14,968 nucleotides of DNA from a virus (lineage: Duplodnaviria > Heunggongvirae > Uroviricota > Caudoviricetes): IMG/VR virus record IMGVR_UViG_2529292834_000017, one strand, 5' to 3'. Positions 14,049 to 14,968 of the stretch are shown here, in pieces; position 1 is the first letter of the stretch, and each line of letters opens with the position of its first letter. The translations under genes were made by a program, and so were the position numbers. The notes below the pieces were generated by a model. That model had not been told where the DNA came from. It did not search any database and saw only the letters and a list, made by a program, of their open reading frames with translations.

Positions 14049-14474
14049 TCAATCTTTATTCTTTGAAATAGAGTCATTGATCTTTTCGAAACACCAATGA
14101 AATCCACAAAAGAGAGCTACACCAATATAACAATACAAAACTATCAACCACCTTTCAGTGTCCGAAGGGTAAAAAACATCAATTACATAAGCAACACCAA
14201 TTGGTATTAATGCTAGTAATAACATCGACACAGGACGTACAAACTTCTGAACTATATCAATTTTATAGAACCACAAGGCGGTATGTTTAATGATATAAGT
14301 AAAGATGGCTGCGCCAATAATGGCAAAAAACACCATCGATAAAGTCGGGTATAACTTTGCGACAATTAAACCCAACAAAATAATTATAACTGCCTGCCCC
14401 CTCACACCAACCCTCCCTTTAGCTTTGTTTAGAATGGCAATCATCATATATCCAAGACATGGCATTTGGTACAT
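14049..14474 (-). CDS. Small integral membrane protein (141 aa, ~4 predicted TM helices), low GC
   Basis: Minus-strand ORF convergent with the 705-aa gene. Hydrophobic stretches VIIILLGLIVAKLYPTLSMVFFAIIGAAIFTYII, VSMLLLALIPIGVAYVIDVF and LIVLYCYIGVALFCGF. Very AT-rich codon usage. No clear SD at any of the candidate starts (14474, 14465, 14447). Confidence 0.65.
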   Translation of the reverse strand: MYQMPCLGYMMIAILNKAKGRVGVRGQAVIIILLGLIVAKLYPTLSMVFFAIIGAAIFTYIIKHTALWFYKIDIVQKFVRPVSMLLLALIPIGVAYVIDVFYPSDTERWLIVLYCYIGVALFCGFHWCFEKINDSISKNKD

Positions 14475-14598
14475 AGCTTGGGTCGGGATTTCAAATCCGC
14501 TCCCCGTTGATGGGGCCGTTACAGTACGCGCATATCCGCTTTATGTGAAACAGGAAGATTTTTCTGATATCACTGCCACAGCAAAACACCAATTTCGT

Positions 14599-14668
14599 GA
14601 CCAGTACGCGCGCGAGGTGTATCAGTTGCAAAATTTTTTGCAGCTGTGTCCGACCAGTACGCACGCGA
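14599..14668. repeat. Two 17-bp direct repeats GACCAGTACGC(G/A)CGCGA flanking a 24-bp AT-centred palindrome
   Basis: GACCAGTACGCGCGCGA at 14599-14615 and GACCAGTACGCACGCGA at 14652-14668 (16/17). Between them CAGTTGCAAAA-TT-TTTTGCAGCTG (14623-14646), 11-bp arms with 1 mismatch. A partial third copy CAGTACGCGCA is at 14522-14532. Confidence 0.5.
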
Positions 14669-14721
14669 TGGCGGGGAGCACCATAAAACTGTTCTCTACA
14701 TAAGACAGAGTGGTGGTGATG

Positions 14722-14968
<247 letters not shown>

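Noticed and set aside
14481-14515. tRNA-like look of GGGATTTCAAATCC near the right end (possible attR tRNA fragment)
   Set aside because: Tried to fit a T-arm (5-bp stem + TTCRANY loop) in both orientations and the stems do not pair. It is a 13-bp palindrome GGATTT-C-AAATCC, not a tRNA fragment.
14305-14703. + strand ORF of 132 aa
   Set aside because: Mostly antisense to the membrane-protein gene, then runs through the repeat/palindrome region. No SD; composition unlike a protein.

Overview
This window looks like the integrase-proximal ~14.7 kb of a P4-family integrative element (P4-like satellite, CP4-57-like or PICI-like) from an enterobacterium, interrupted at its right end by an IS21-family insertion. 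All calls rest on reading the sequence and on remembered family hallmarks; no search or folding was run. Left to right on the + strand: a P4-type tyrosine integrase, a coupled unknown ORF, an AT-rich control region with phased decamer repeats, AlpA, an unknown ORF, an AntA-like protein and a small ORF. Next comes what reads as a P4/P1-type antisense-RNA immunity leader (seqA-like element, terminator, TATAAT, structured RNA, seqC-like element over the SD of an Icd/Kil-like gene), followed by a chain of translationally coupled small genes and an alpha-type primase-helicase. Downstream are iteron-like 13-14 bp repeats flanking two unknown ORFs, then a cargo operon of three genes (57, ~450 and 705 aa) with no recognisable enzymatic motifs, which is the best candidate for an undescribed system. 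A low-GC small membrane protein lies convergent to it, followed by unusual repeats and a partial IS21-family istB. The same promoter-proximal motif followed by a leader terminator precedes both the immunity/replication operon and the cargo operon. No rRNA, tRNA or CRISPR array was seen, and no sid/delta/psu-like genes were recognised.
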